Below are positions 8,177 to 17,069 of a DNA stretch of 64,000 bases, piece after piece. Each line of letters opens with the position of its first letter. Within the stretch, counting starts at the first letter, position 1. The position numbers and the translations under genes were made by a program. A model generated the notes under the pieces. That model searched no databases. It had not been told where the DNA came from and saw only the letters and a list, made by a program, of their open reading frames with translations. This DNA comes from an uncultured Candidatus Rokubacteria bacterium (GTDB lineage Bacteria; Methylomirabilota; Methylomirabilia; Rokubacteriales; DASRDR01): positions 480,001 through 544,000 of the forward strand of contig CAVPSB010000018.1 in NCBI GenBank assembly GCA_963708025.1, in the 5' to 3' direction.

Positions 8177-8729
8177 ACTTCGCGAGCCATCGGGACGTCC
8201 CGAGCGCGGACGGGCCCAGTCGGCGAGTGGCCGATCGCCCGATCAGCGCGCGAGGAGCGATCTGCACCCTGGTCCATGCCAAGGCCCCCCCAAGACGGAC
8301 GAGATTGCCTTCCAGAGCCTAGAGGGCCACCCCCGGCGCGAATCAGCCCGACTGGGCTCAGCTGGACGGTCGCAACTGAGCCAGGGGCCTCCACCCCCGA
8401 TCTCCGACCCACTCCTCCACAGGGTCCTGCGGCTGGATGCGACCGAATGGAGTCCTGGACGAGGACCGCCCCGACGAGAATCACCCGGGGTTCGCGTGCC
8501 CCGGGTGCGTGGGGTTCGGGCAAGACTCCCCGGATTGACCCCGATCCGGCTTCCGGATGGAGGTGCCGCTCCAAATGGATGGCCGCCGCTGGTCAACCCC
8601 GGAGCGAGCCGGCGGCCAGACGCTCACGCGCTGCGGTTCCCAATTGTCGCCGTGCCGGACTCGAGCACACCGGCGTCGAGGCACTGAAGGGTCCGGGCCG
8701 GGCCAGGGGCCGGCGCGCCTCAGGCATGA

Positions 8730-9617
8730 CTACTCTGAGGCCAGCCCGAATTTGGTCTGTCGCCACGTGCGGGCCACCGCTCCGAGGGATTCCTTCTCGG
8801 CGGCCTCCGCTCGGCCGCTCCGCTCCCACGCCGGCCAGGCGATCTCCGCGTCAATGGCCGCCTGGACCCGCTCGCGCAGGGTCCGGGGGTCCAAGGCGTC
8901 CAGCTCCCAGCAGCGCGCGCCCACGCCGACCCGGCGAACGTACCAGGCGTAGCGGCGATCCTTCTGCTTGTCCGAGGCCGGGAACGAGGGGATCGCGTCG
9001 GTGGCCGTGTCTTCGGCGCTGATCGCGAGCCGCCGCAGGTTGACGGCGCCGCCGTAGTCGCGGAGCCGGCCGGGCAGATCGACCTCGCTCATGTGCAGGC
9101 CGCTCGGATCCCAGTCGCCGACGTACAGCGCCACGAAGGGGCGCGAGTCGTCCTCCCGGCTCTCATCGGCGACCGCCTTCACCTGGGTGGCCGAGCCGTA
9201 GCCATGCATGACCCGGAAGGTCACCGCGTACGCGTCCAGCACCGGCGCCAGCGTGCCGCGGATCGTGCCCTTCTCCGCCCACACCTCGACCCGGCGGGGC
9301 TGGAGCGCCCAGCGGTCCTTCCGGTACTGCTGCTCCACGGCACGGAGGATGGCCTCGGGATCCTCCCACGTTGACACGCGCTCCGGTGCCCGGGTTTCGT
9401 TGACGATCCAAAGCCAGGACACCAGTCCCTGCTCGCGCGCAATGACCAGGGCGCGCGAGACCCGGTTCGTGCTCAGCTTGGACATGTCGGGGATCAGCCC
9501 CTGGGTAAAGAGCTTGTAGCACACGGCCCGCACGCTGGCGGGCTGGATCGCCGCCAGGATCTCGGCACCGGCGTCGATCAGGGCGAACGTCTTGGCCCCC
9601 AGGCCGCGCCCCCTCAT
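8730..9617 (-). CDS. Toprim-domain protein, TopoVI-A/Spo11/JetD-like
   Basis: N-terminal wHTH SVRAVCYKL; VEVWAEKG; GYGS; LYVGDWDPSG; WELDALDP. Confidence 0.8.
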   Translation of the reverse strand: MRGRGLGAKTFALIDAGAEILAAIQPASVRAVCYKLFTQGLIPDMSKLSTNRVSRALVIAREQGLVSWLWIVNETRAPERVSTWEDPEAILRAVEQQYRKDRWALQPRRVEVWAEKGTIRGTLAPVLDAYAVTFRVMHGYGSATQVKAVADESREDDSRPFVALYVGDWDPSGLHMSEVDLPGRLRDYGGAVNLRRLAISAEDTATDAIPSFPASDKQKDRRYAWYVRRVGVGARCWELDALDPRTLRERVQAAIDAEIAWPAWERSGRAEAAEKESLGAVARTWRQTKFGLASE

Positions 9618-10096
9618 GGAGCGCGGCGCCGACCCGACGCCGTTCCCAGGTTGAGGTGCTCCTGGCTGCGCCCGCGAGCGCACGTGTCGCCCCTCCCCGC
9701 GCCTCCAACGCTCACCTGTCAGTCCGGCTAGACAGACTCCTGAGATCCGCCAGAGAGGTATTGGCCGATCACCCGTGGCCTGCACCCGCGAAATGGGCTC
9801 ACCGGGAGGGCCCTCGGTGCGCCGTTCGACGAGCTGACGAAGGAGTCACCGCGACGATCGCGGGGACCTGCCCGGAGGGCCGGTTGAGGGGGTAGCCGAT
9901 CCGGTGGACGGACTGCACGACCCCGTCCGCGAGGTCCCCAGTGGAGGACCAGGACCGCGGTTCGCCGGCGGATTCGCCCAACCCGGGGTTCACCTGAGGA
10001 CTGCATGGCGTCGCGGACACCCGCGACATATGGCCATACTCGAATAATCATTAGAGTGTGATCTGACTGGGTCAGCGTTCGCCTGTTCTGGCATTT

Positions 10097-10204
10097 GTTC
10101 ATATTTGACTCACGTTCACGTATCGTGTACAGTCAAGTCAGATGAACGATCGTTCCTGTTTCTGGGTTGTTCACGTAGCATGAACACAAGCGTAGCAATG
10201 AACG
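10097..10204 (+). promoter_or_regulatory. AT-rich promoter with GTTCA-N7-TG(A/T)AC inverted repeats (putative AbiEi operators)
   Basis: GTTCACGTATCGTGTAC 10114-10130; TGTTCACGTAGCATGAACA 10168-10186; TTGACT/AGTCAA flanks. Confidence 0.6.
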
Positions 10205-10227
10205 TTGACGGACCCATGGGCGGCACC

Positions 10228-11286
10228 ATGCATCTGCCGGAGCGGGAAGGCAAGCTCTTGGAGGACGCTCTGATCGCCTTCAGGCGCGTCACCGGGCTGA
10301 AGGCCGGCCTCGTCCCCAAAGAGCCCAAGATCCCGAAGGGTGCGCACCCTGACGCAGTCATCGAGGTCGAGGGAGACGGAAGGCGATTCCGGTTCTTCGT
10401 CGAAGTCAAAGCCGTGGATCGTGCGGTCGCGCTCGCGACTGTCAAGCATAGGCTCGAACCATTCGGCCACCAAGGTTTGCTCGTCGCGCCCTACATCACG
10501 CCCGAGCTCGCCAACCACTGCCGGAAGCTCAACCTACCCTTTATTGACACCGTTGGGAACGCATACCTACGGGCCCCCGGACTCTATGTCTTGGTTCGCG
10601 GGGAACGCCCCCCGGAGCAAGCGGTAACGGGCACGGGCGCCCGGGCTGGAGGTACCGCCACCGCACTCCGGGTCGTGTTCGCGCTCCTCTGCAAGCCCGA
10701 GCTGCTCAATGCACCCTACCGCGACATCGTCGCGGCCGCTGGCGTGGCGCTCGGTGCGGTCGGGTGGGTGTTCTTCGATCTGCAACGCCGGGGCTATATC
10801 ATCGGCGGAACGCGAACGCGCAACCGCGGCTTCCTCGAGGCCGGCCGCCTGCTCGACGAATGGGTCACGAACTTCCCGATCAAATTGCGCCCCAAACTCA
10901 ACCCGCGCCGTTTCCGGGCACCTGACCCGGGCTGGTGGCAGCACGCCCGTCTGCCGAACGGGGCGCTCTGGGGGGGGGAAGTCGCCGGGGCTAGACTGAC
11001 CGAGTATCTCAAGCCGGCGACCTATACGATCTACGTCGATCCCACCCAGGCGCGGGAGCACATCGCCACGTTGGTGAAGGAGCATCGCCTCCGCGCCGAC
11101 CCGCAGGGCGACGTCGAGGTCCTCGATCGGTTCTGGAATCTCCCGCCGCTCGATCGCACCCGGGCAGACCTTGTGCCGCCGCTTCTGACCTACGCTGACC
11201 TGATGGCCACGCTCGATCCGCGGAACATGGAAGTCGCCAAGCGGATCCGCGCGGAACAGCTCGACCTTGCTGTCCGTCGCGCGTGA
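10228..11286 (+). CDS. Type IV TA AbiEi-family antitoxin (DUF2186/AbiEi_2-like)
   Basis: FIDTVGNAYL, LLNAPYRDI, WGGEVAG, VPPLLTYADLMATLDPRN. Confidence 0.85.
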   Translation: MHLPEREGKLLEDALIAFRRVTGLKAGLVPKEPKIPKGAHPDAVIEVEGDGRRFRFFVEVKAVDRAVALATVKHRLEPFGHQGLLVAPYITPELANHCRKLNLPFIDTVGNAYLRAPGLYVLVRGERPPEQAVTGTGARAGGTATALRVVFALLCKPELLNAPYRDIVAAAGVALGAVGWVFFDLQRRGYIIGGTRTRNRGFLEAGRLLDEWVTNFPIKLRPKLNPRRFRAPDPGWWQHARLPNGALWGGEVAGARLTEYLKPATYTIYVDPTQAREHIATLVKEHRLRADPQGDVEVLDRFWNLPPLDRTRADLVPPLLTYADLMATLDPRNMEVAKRIRAEQLDLAVRRA

Positions 11287-12142
11287 ACGCCCACTCGACG
11301 CCCTGACGCTCGACGTGCTGCGCCACGTGGATCGTATCTCCCAAGATCTCAGGCTCGATTACTTCGTGGTCGGGGCGATGGCGCGGGACATCCTGCTCAA
11401 CGGAGTGTTCGGATTGGACACGGGTCGCAGGACGGCCGACCTCGACCTCGCAGTGGCCGTCGAGGGGTGGCCCCAATTCGAGGCCATCAAGGCGCGCCTC
11501 ATCGAGACGGGGTCGTTCGTACCGGCCGCGTCGTCCGCCCAGCGCCTGTACTATCGTGCGACGACGAGGGGAACCGGGTATCCGCTCGACATCATTCCCT
11601 TCGGAGGGGTGGAGCAGCCGCCGCACCAGATCGCCTGGCCGCCCGACCGGTCCATCGTCATGAACGTGGCTGGCTACGAGGAAGCACGCGCCTGTGCGGT
11701 CCCGGTGGATGTGGTCTCGGGCTTCGTGGTGCGCGTCGCCTCGGTGCCGGGGCTCGCAATCTTGAAGCTCATCGCATGGGCCGACCGCGGAGCCAGTGAT
11801 CCGAGAGACGCGATCGATCTGGCGACCCTCCTGCGCCAGTACGGGGACGCGGGCAACGAGGGCCGGTTGTATGACACAGAGATTGCCGTCCTCGAGGTCG
11901 CGAACTATGATTTCGAGCTCGCCGGAGCACGGCTCCTCGGCATGGACGCGAGCCGAATCGCCGCCCCCACGACACGCGCCCAAGTCCACTCGATCCTCGA
12001 CGATGCGGTTCGACTGGATCGCCTGATCCGCGACGTGGCGCGAGGACTCGCGGCCGAGGATCCCGTCGCGACGGCCGGCGGATTGCTCGCTCAGTTCAAT
12101 GCGGGGTTTCGCGAGGCGCAATCCGACGCCGCGCCGAACTGA
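11267..12142 (+). CDS. AbiEii/AbiGii-family nucleotidyltransferase toxin (COG4849-like)
   Basis: VVGAMARDI, RRTADLDLAV, LDIIPFGG, LKLIAWADR..RDAIDL; overlaps the antitoxin stop. Confidence 0.87.
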   Translation: MLSVARERPLDALTLDVLRHVDRISQDLRLDYFVVGAMARDILLNGVFGLDTGRRTADLDLAVAVEGWPQFEAIKARLIETGSFVPAASSAQRLYYRATTRGTGYPLDIIPFGGVEQPPHQIAWPPDRSIVMNVAGYEEARACAVPVDVVSGFVVRVASVPGLAILKLIAWADRGASDPRDAIDLATLLRQYGDAGNEGRLYDTEIAVLEVANYDFELAGARLLGMDASRIAAPTTRAQVHSILDDAVRLDRLIRDVARGLAAEDPVATAGGLLAQFNAGFREAQSDAAPN

Positions 12143-12498
12143 TCCGGGCCGCTGCGGCTCTCCAGGTCTCATGCCCCGAGCGTCACGGGCGCCCGCCGGA
12201 CTCGAGGCGAGGAAGAACGTAGGGGCGGGTCTGCTGCTCGGCAGTCCGCTCGTCATCTGAGTCAGCGCCCACGCGCTCCGCCGGACGGCCGCGGATCCCG
12301 CGCGCTTCCACCCGCTCCACCGCGCAATCCGCCGCCGGACGTGGCAATTCGTCGCGACCTCCGTGCTCGGGGCGACGGCGCTCGAGGTGAGCCGGGCGGG
12401 AACCCACCGCATGCCAAGCTATCTGGCGAGCTCGTGACGATCGGCGAGCGGCCCCGGAAACCTAGGGCTCAGGGACGACGAATGATACGGTGAGGGCA

Positions 12499-12702
12499 AT
12501 GCGTTTCGGCTCCGTCTTCACGGCTCGCCGCCCACGAGTCCCGAGACCGAGTCCGCTCCACTATCACTACTGCGATGGGTGCGATCACGAGTGGCCCCAT
12601 GAGGAACCCCCATGCCTCTGGCACTGGGTGTGGCGGTGCCCCCGGTGCGTTCCGGCTGTCTCACTCGTAGAGCCGGTCACTCGGCGTCCGAGTACGGGCT
12701 GA
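12499..12702 (+). CDS. Small putative Zn-ribbon protein
   Basis: CDGC...HEWPH...C...CPRC. Confidence 0.45.
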   Translation: MRFGSVFTARRPRVPRPSPLHYHYCDGCDHEWPHEEPPCLWHWVWRCPRCVPAVSLVEPVTRRPSTG

Positions 12703-12769
12703 CCCCTGCCCGCTGCGTGCGTTCCGTTCGACCGTCACCCTCACCCCGTGACCTGAACCGGAGGCGCCT

Positions 12770-13270
12770 GTGCCGAAGATCGAAATAGCCATCAGAGACG
12801 CCATCCAGCGAGGGGCCCGGCGGCAGATTCGGCTGGTCGCCACGCCGCTCCGTCGCGAGGTGCGGCGGCTCCGCCACACCGTCGCCGGGCTGCGGACGGA
12901 GCTGATCGCCCTCCGGGCGACGGCGGCGCAGTGGAAACGGGTGGCCGAGCAGACCCCCTGGTCCTCGACGGTGTCCGATGAGACGGTCAAGGCCGCTCGC
13001 CTGTCGCCGCGGCTGATCCAGAAGCTCCGGGCGCGGCTCGGGCTGAGCCAGACCGCGCTGGCCAAGCTCGCGGGGGTGAGCGGGGCGGCGGTCGTGCAGT
13101 GGGAGCAGGGCCGGGCTGCGCCGTCCGGGGACCACCGGAAGGCGGTCGTGGCGCTCCGGACGCTCGGCCGGCGAGAGGTGAAGCGCCTCTTGGCTCGGAT
13201 GCCGACGCCGGCCGCGAAGCGGAGACCACGATCCCGGAAGGGACGGCGCGGGGCGCGGCGGCGCGGCTAA
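12770..13270 (+). CDS. XRE-family HTH regulator with N-terminal coiled coil
   Basis: LRARLGLSQTALAKLAGVSGAAVVQWEQG; GGAGG RBS. Confidence 0.85.
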   Translation: MPKIEIAIRDAIQRGARRQIRLVATPLRREVRRLRHTVAGLRTELIALRATAAQWKRVAEQTPWSSTVSDETVKAARLSPRLIQKLRARLGLSQTALAKLAGVSGAAVVQWEQGRAAPSGDHRKAVVALRTLGRREVKRLLARMPTPAAKRRPRSRKGRRGARRRG

Positions 13271-13398
13271 GGGGCCAGGCTCCAAGGGACCTCGGCAAGA
13301 ACGGGAGCGAGGGCGACCGTGATCTTCGCCGACCTCCACTCGCCGATCGTGTTGGCGTTTCTCGCCCGCTGCCCCACCCGTCAGAATGCCCAGGTCCC

Positions 13399-13421
13399 TG
13401 GTGCCGGTTTTGGTGCCGGTT
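13399..13421. repeat. TGGTGCCGGTT direct pair, arm-type integrase site
   Basis: 13399-13409 and 13411-13421, ~120 bp before the tRNA remnant. Confidence 0.6.
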
Positions 13422-13540
13422 CGGCATCGAAATGAGGCATAGTCGGTCACGGCACGACAACGGCGCGGCCCCGGCCAAGTGCTGATCTCGTCGTACGTCA
13501 TCACGCTCGGGCGCAGTAGGTCGCAGGTGGCGCGCACGCA

Positions 13541-13591
13541 CTTCTAAGCCGTGGGTCGGGGGGACCCAACGATTCCCTCCACTCGGCGACA
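13541..13591 (+). pseudogene. 3' remnant of tRNA-Arg(TCT), probable attR
   Basis: CTTCTAAGCCGTGGGTCG = anticodon loop, 3' stem and variable loop; degraded T-arm; no 5' half. Confidence 0.65.
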
Positions 13592-13806
13592 GGCACGGCC
13601 AGCCTCCCTATATCCAAGCTTCAGTACCCCTTGGACGGTGTGCCTCCCGGCGGTGGCGACGGGAAGGCTGTGCCCGAAGCGCCGCGCCCGGCCGGCTCGG
13701 TCTTGCCCGGCCGGCCCAGGACCTGAACTTCGCAGCGCAGCCGGTCGCCGAGCCGGTCTTTCTCCATCTCGAGGATCGTAGCCGGCCAACAACCTTGAAC
13801 TTGCCG

Positions 13807-13857
13807 TGGGGCTCCAGCGGGGGTTCGAACCCGTGTTTCAGCCTTGAGAGGGCGGTG
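13807..13857 (-). pseudogene. 3' remnant of tRNA-Glu(CTC), probable att scar
   Basis: Reverse complement CCGCCCTCTCAAGGCTGAAACACGGGTTCGAACCCCCGCTGGAGCCCCA; no D-arm or 5' acceptor. Confidence 0.72.
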
Positions 13858-13887
13858 ATGAGCGTTGCAGCGATGCCGACTTGCCGG

Positions 13888-13912
13888 GCGGTTGCCACCT
13901 GCGGTTGCCACC
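13888..13912. repeat. GCGGTTGCCACC direct pair, arm-type site
   Basis: 13888-13899 and 13901-13912. Confidence 0.6.
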
Positions 13913-13939
13913 ACGCGTTCGAGTGGGCAGGGGCGCGTA

Positions 13940-14111
13940 CCCCGATACCACCTCGGCAGCGTGTCTGGTCCGTGAGCGCAGCGTAACGACGCATCATTTC
14001 TCGATGTGGTCGCGCCGGCGCTGGAAGTGGCTGTTGGACATCCTGGAGCGCGGGGTGAAGCCGTCGAGTCTGCGGAGGAAGGCATCCCCTGGCGCCGTGT
14101 TCGAGGATCAA
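13940..14111 (-). pseudogene. Tyrosine integrase C-terminal remnant
   Basis: MILEHGA...QDVQ...HREMMRRYAALTDQT resembles the region with the catalytic Tyr. Confidence 0.55.
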
Positions 14112-14396
14112 GTATAGTCAGGGCGTCAGGACGCGGACCGTCCTGCGAGGCCTTGGCGAGGGGGCCGTGATGTTGGAAAGCTCGTCTCTGGTTCTGGGCT
14201 CACTATTATAACTTGAGCTTGGCCAGCCCCGCCTCGTCGATCATTGCTCGTGACGCCACGGATTCCCTTCGAGGCCCCGGTGGATCGAGTGCGCTGTCGG
14301 CCAAACGAACCGCGTCCATGACTCCGACGTCATCTTCACCACACTCGACCGATCGGAGCATTCTGTCGGTCCGATCCTCGCGGGACCGGGGTTGAC

Positions 14397-14680
14397 ATGC
14401 AGCTAGAGGGGAAGCGGGCGATCATCACGGGTGGTGCCTCTGGAATTGGCGAGGCGACTGCGCGGATGATGAGCGACCGGGGGGCCCGGGTCGCAATCCT
14501 TGACATCGACGACGCCCGCGCCAGGGCCGTCGTCGCCGATCTCGCCGGCGCGATCGCCCGCAACTGCAACGTAAACGACTCGTCCGCGGTGGACACACGA
14601 TCTGCTTCCTCTGCTCCTATGACTCGTCGTATTTGACCGGGCAGACGATCAGCCCGAACGGGGGCTACATCACCGTCTGA
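14397..14680 (+). pseudogene. SDR with large internal deletion
   Basis: N-terminal TGGASGIG fused out of frame to C-terminal FLCSYDSSYLTGQTISPNGGYITV*. Confidence 0.8.
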
Positions 14681-14741
14681 TCGACCACAGGCCGGATCAC
14701 GCAAGCCTCCTCGGCCAGTCCGGCTCCAACCCAGTCGGCCC

Positions 14742-15098
14742 TCACGTTCCCGAGTCGTCGCGTCGGAGGGCTTCATACTCCTCGATGGCTGCCTCCCACT
14801 CGGCAAGGTCATCGTCGGATAAATTGGGCAGATTGGGCTGTGTCACGAGGAGGCCCGTGCGCTCGAAGGCATGGATCTTCGCAGGGTCGAGGCCCGCAGT
14901 CTTCATCGCCGCGGTGAATTGCGCTCGGGCCGCCGGCTCGTCCAGCGGCCGGGGCTGATCGGCGTCGGGATCGAAGAACACCGGATCCCCGGGGCGGGGA
15001 TCGCGGCCGAACTTCGCCGTGAATCGGTCGCGCTGCTCGAGCAGCGTTGCCAGCAACTCGTCGTCCATGCAGTCCAAGGGGAATCTCTCGCGGCGCAT
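14742..15098 (-). CDS. Conserved hypothetical protein
   Basis: KFGRDPRPGDPVFFD...AFERTGLLVT...EWEAAIEEY; GGAGG RBS. Confidence 0.7.
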   Translation of the reverse strand: MRRERFPLDCMDDELLATLLEQRDRFTAKFGRDPRPGDPVFFDPDADQPRPLDEPAARAQFTAAMKTAGLDPAKIHAFERTGLLVTQPNLPNLSDDDLAEWEAAIEEYEALRRDDSGT

Positions 15099-15258
15099 GT
15101 CCAGCCCTCCGATTTCCCTGGGTGGCGTGACGGCTAGCCAGTCAGCGCGGCCCTCGCTCATCCGAGCGTCGTCATCTCGCCGTCAGCGCTTCCCTCCTCG
15201 CCCCTCCCGACCTGGCGCCCCATGCGCCGCCTCGGTCCCTCGGGGTTGAGGAATCCAT

Positions 15259-15275
15259 TATCATACGAGATGATA
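15259..15275. promoter_or_regulatory. Palindrome TATCAT-N5-ATGATA upstream of the SDR operon
   Basis: AT-rich inverted repeat downstream of TTGAGG. Confidence 0.4.
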
Positions 15276-15350
15276 CATCGTAGCAATCGTACAGAGCCTA
15301 CCTCAACGGGTCTCGGTGGCGAGAGCGGCCGCCAACGGAAGGGGAAAGCC

Positions 15351-16115
15351 ATGAGCGTGCCGGGATTCCGGCTGGACGACCGCGTTGCTATCGTGACGGG
15401 AGCGAGCCGGGGCATCGGCCGTGCCATCGCCCTCGACTTGGCGCGAGCCGGCGCCCACGTCGTGCTCGCCGCCCGCAAGGCGCCTGACCTCGAGGCGGTC
15501 GCCCATGAAATCACGAGCCTCGGCCGACGTGCCCTCCCCGTTCCCGGTCACATGGCCCGCCGGCCGGACATCGATCGGCTCTTCGACGTCACCGAGCGGG
15601 AGTTCGGCCGCCTCGACATCCTCGTCAACAACGCGGCCACCAACCCCGTCTTCGGTCCCGTCATCGAGATCGAGGAGGAGGTCTGGGACAAGATCATGGC
15701 GCTCAACGTGAAGGGCTACCTCTTCGCGACCCAGCGGGCGGCGAAGGGCCTGATCGCCGCGGGAAAGGGCTCGATCGTCAACGTGTCGTCGGCCGGTGGA
15801 TTTCGAGCCAGCCAGGGGATGGGCGCCTACGCGGTCTCGAAGGCCGCGGTCATCATGCTCACGCGGGTCCTGGCGAAGGAATTGGGGCCGTTCGGCATTC
15901 GGGTCAACGGGATCGCACCGGCGATCGTCGAGACCCGCTTCAGCGAGCTCTTGTGGAAGACCCCGGAGATTCTCGATCAGTACCTGAAAGCCACTCCACT
16001 GGGACGAATCGCCCAGCCGGAGGAGATCTCCGGCGCGGTCGTGTACTTGTGCTCCGACGCCGCCAGCTATGTGAACGGTCAGGTGATCGTTCTCGACGGC
16101 GGCCATCTCGCCTAA
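15351..16115 (+). CDS. SDR oxidoreductase (DHRS4-like)
   Basis: TGASRGIG, NNAATNP, YAVSK. Confidence 0.93.
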   Translation: MSVPGFRLDDRVAIVTGASRGIGRAIALDLARAGAHVVLAARKAPDLEAVAHEITSLGRRALPVPGHMARRPDIDRLFDVTEREFGRLDILVNNAATNPVFGPVIEIEEEVWDKIMALNVKGYLFATQRAAKGLIAAGKGSIVNVSSAGGFRASQGMGAYAVSKAAVIMLTRVLAKELGPFGIRVNGIAPAIVETRFSELLWKTPEILDQYLKATPLGRIAQPEEISGAVVYLCSDAASYVNGQVIVLDGGHLA

Positions 16116-16180
16116 GTACCGATCGGCCCGGGGGTGCACGCAATCCGACCCGACGGTTGCATCACGAAGGAGGGAGTACC

Positions 16181-17056
16181 ATGCGTGACTTCACTGGCCG
16201 TGTTGCGGTGGTCACTGGTGCGGCCAGCGGCATCGGCCGCGCGCTGGCCGAACGGTTCGCCCGGGAGGGCATGAAGGTCGCCCTCTCGGATATCGAAGAA
16301 CGGGCCCTTGAGCAGACCGCGGGCGAGATGCGCACCGCGGGCCACCAGGTCCTTGCGGTCCGGACCGACGTGGCGGACGCCGCCAGCGTCGAGGCCCTGG
16401 CCCGGGACACGCTGGCCGCGTTCGGCGCGGTTCACATCGTCTGCAACAATGCCGGCGTGGTGCCGGGCGAGCGCTTCCGCCCCGTGTGGGAGTATGCGCT
16501 CGAAGACTGGCGGTGGGGGCTCGACGTCAACCTCTGGGGCGTGATCCACGGTGTGCGGACATTCGTCCCGACGCTGCTCGCCCAGGGAGACGAGGGCCAC
16601 GTCGTCAACACGGCCTCGATCGCCGGCCTGATCAGCGGGTCCGGCTCACCCGTCTACGGAGTGGCCAAGCACGCCGTGGTGCGTCTCACCGAGGCACTCT
16701 ACGCCAGCCTTCGTGAAATGGGCGCCCGGATCGGCGCGTCGGTGCTGTGCCCCGGCCTGGTCCAAACCAACATCTACCGCTCGGAACGAAACCGGCCGGC
16801 ACATCTGCGCCACGAGGGAGCCGGGAAGGAATCGCCGGCTGACGCTGCAGCGGAAAAGATTCGCCCCGGGGGGCTGACTCCGGAGGAGGTCGCCGATCAG
16901 GTCTTCGACGCGATCCGCTCGGACCGCTTCTATGTCATCACGACGAGCACCTTCGATGACGCGATCCGATCGCGGAGCGACGACATCCTCGCCCGTCGCA
17001 ATCCCGTCTTTCCGGGGCTTCTCGAGCTCGCTCAGCGCGACAGCCGGATTCGCTAG
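16181..17056 (+). CDS. SDR oxidoreductase
   Basis: TGAASGIG, NNAG, YGVAK. Confidence 0.93.
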   Translation: MRDFTGRVAVVTGAASGIGRALAERFAREGMKVALSDIEERALEQTAGEMRTAGHQVLAVRTDVADAASVEALARDTLAAFGAVHIVCNNAGVVPGERFRPVWEYALEDWRWGLDVNLWGVIHGVRTFVPTLLAQGDEGHVVNTASIAGLISGSGSPVYGVAKHAVVRLTEALYASLREMGARIGASVLCPGLVQTNIYRSERNRPAHLRHEGAGKESPADAAAEKIRPGGLTPEEVADQVFDAIRSDRFYVITTSTFDDAIRSRSDDILARRNPVFPGLLELAQRDSRIR

Positions 17057-17069
17057 GGGGGAACACGCG

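Larger units (their letters stand above)
1..13591. mobile_element. Right part of an integrated plasmid/ICE-like element
   Basis: radC, ssb, parM/parR, ParB pair, TA genes; bounded by arm repeats and the tRNA remnant. Confidence 0.7.

Noticed and set aside
8730-9617. Wadjet (JetABCD) system
   Set aside because: No SMC or kleisin genes nearby; only the Toprim protein is present.
13690-13800. NusG KOW-like fragment (ATILEMEKDRL..RCEVQVLGR)
   Set aside because: Too short and degenerate to support.
13541-13857. Functional tRNA genes
   Set aside because: Both lack 5' halves and have damaged arms; treated as att remnants.
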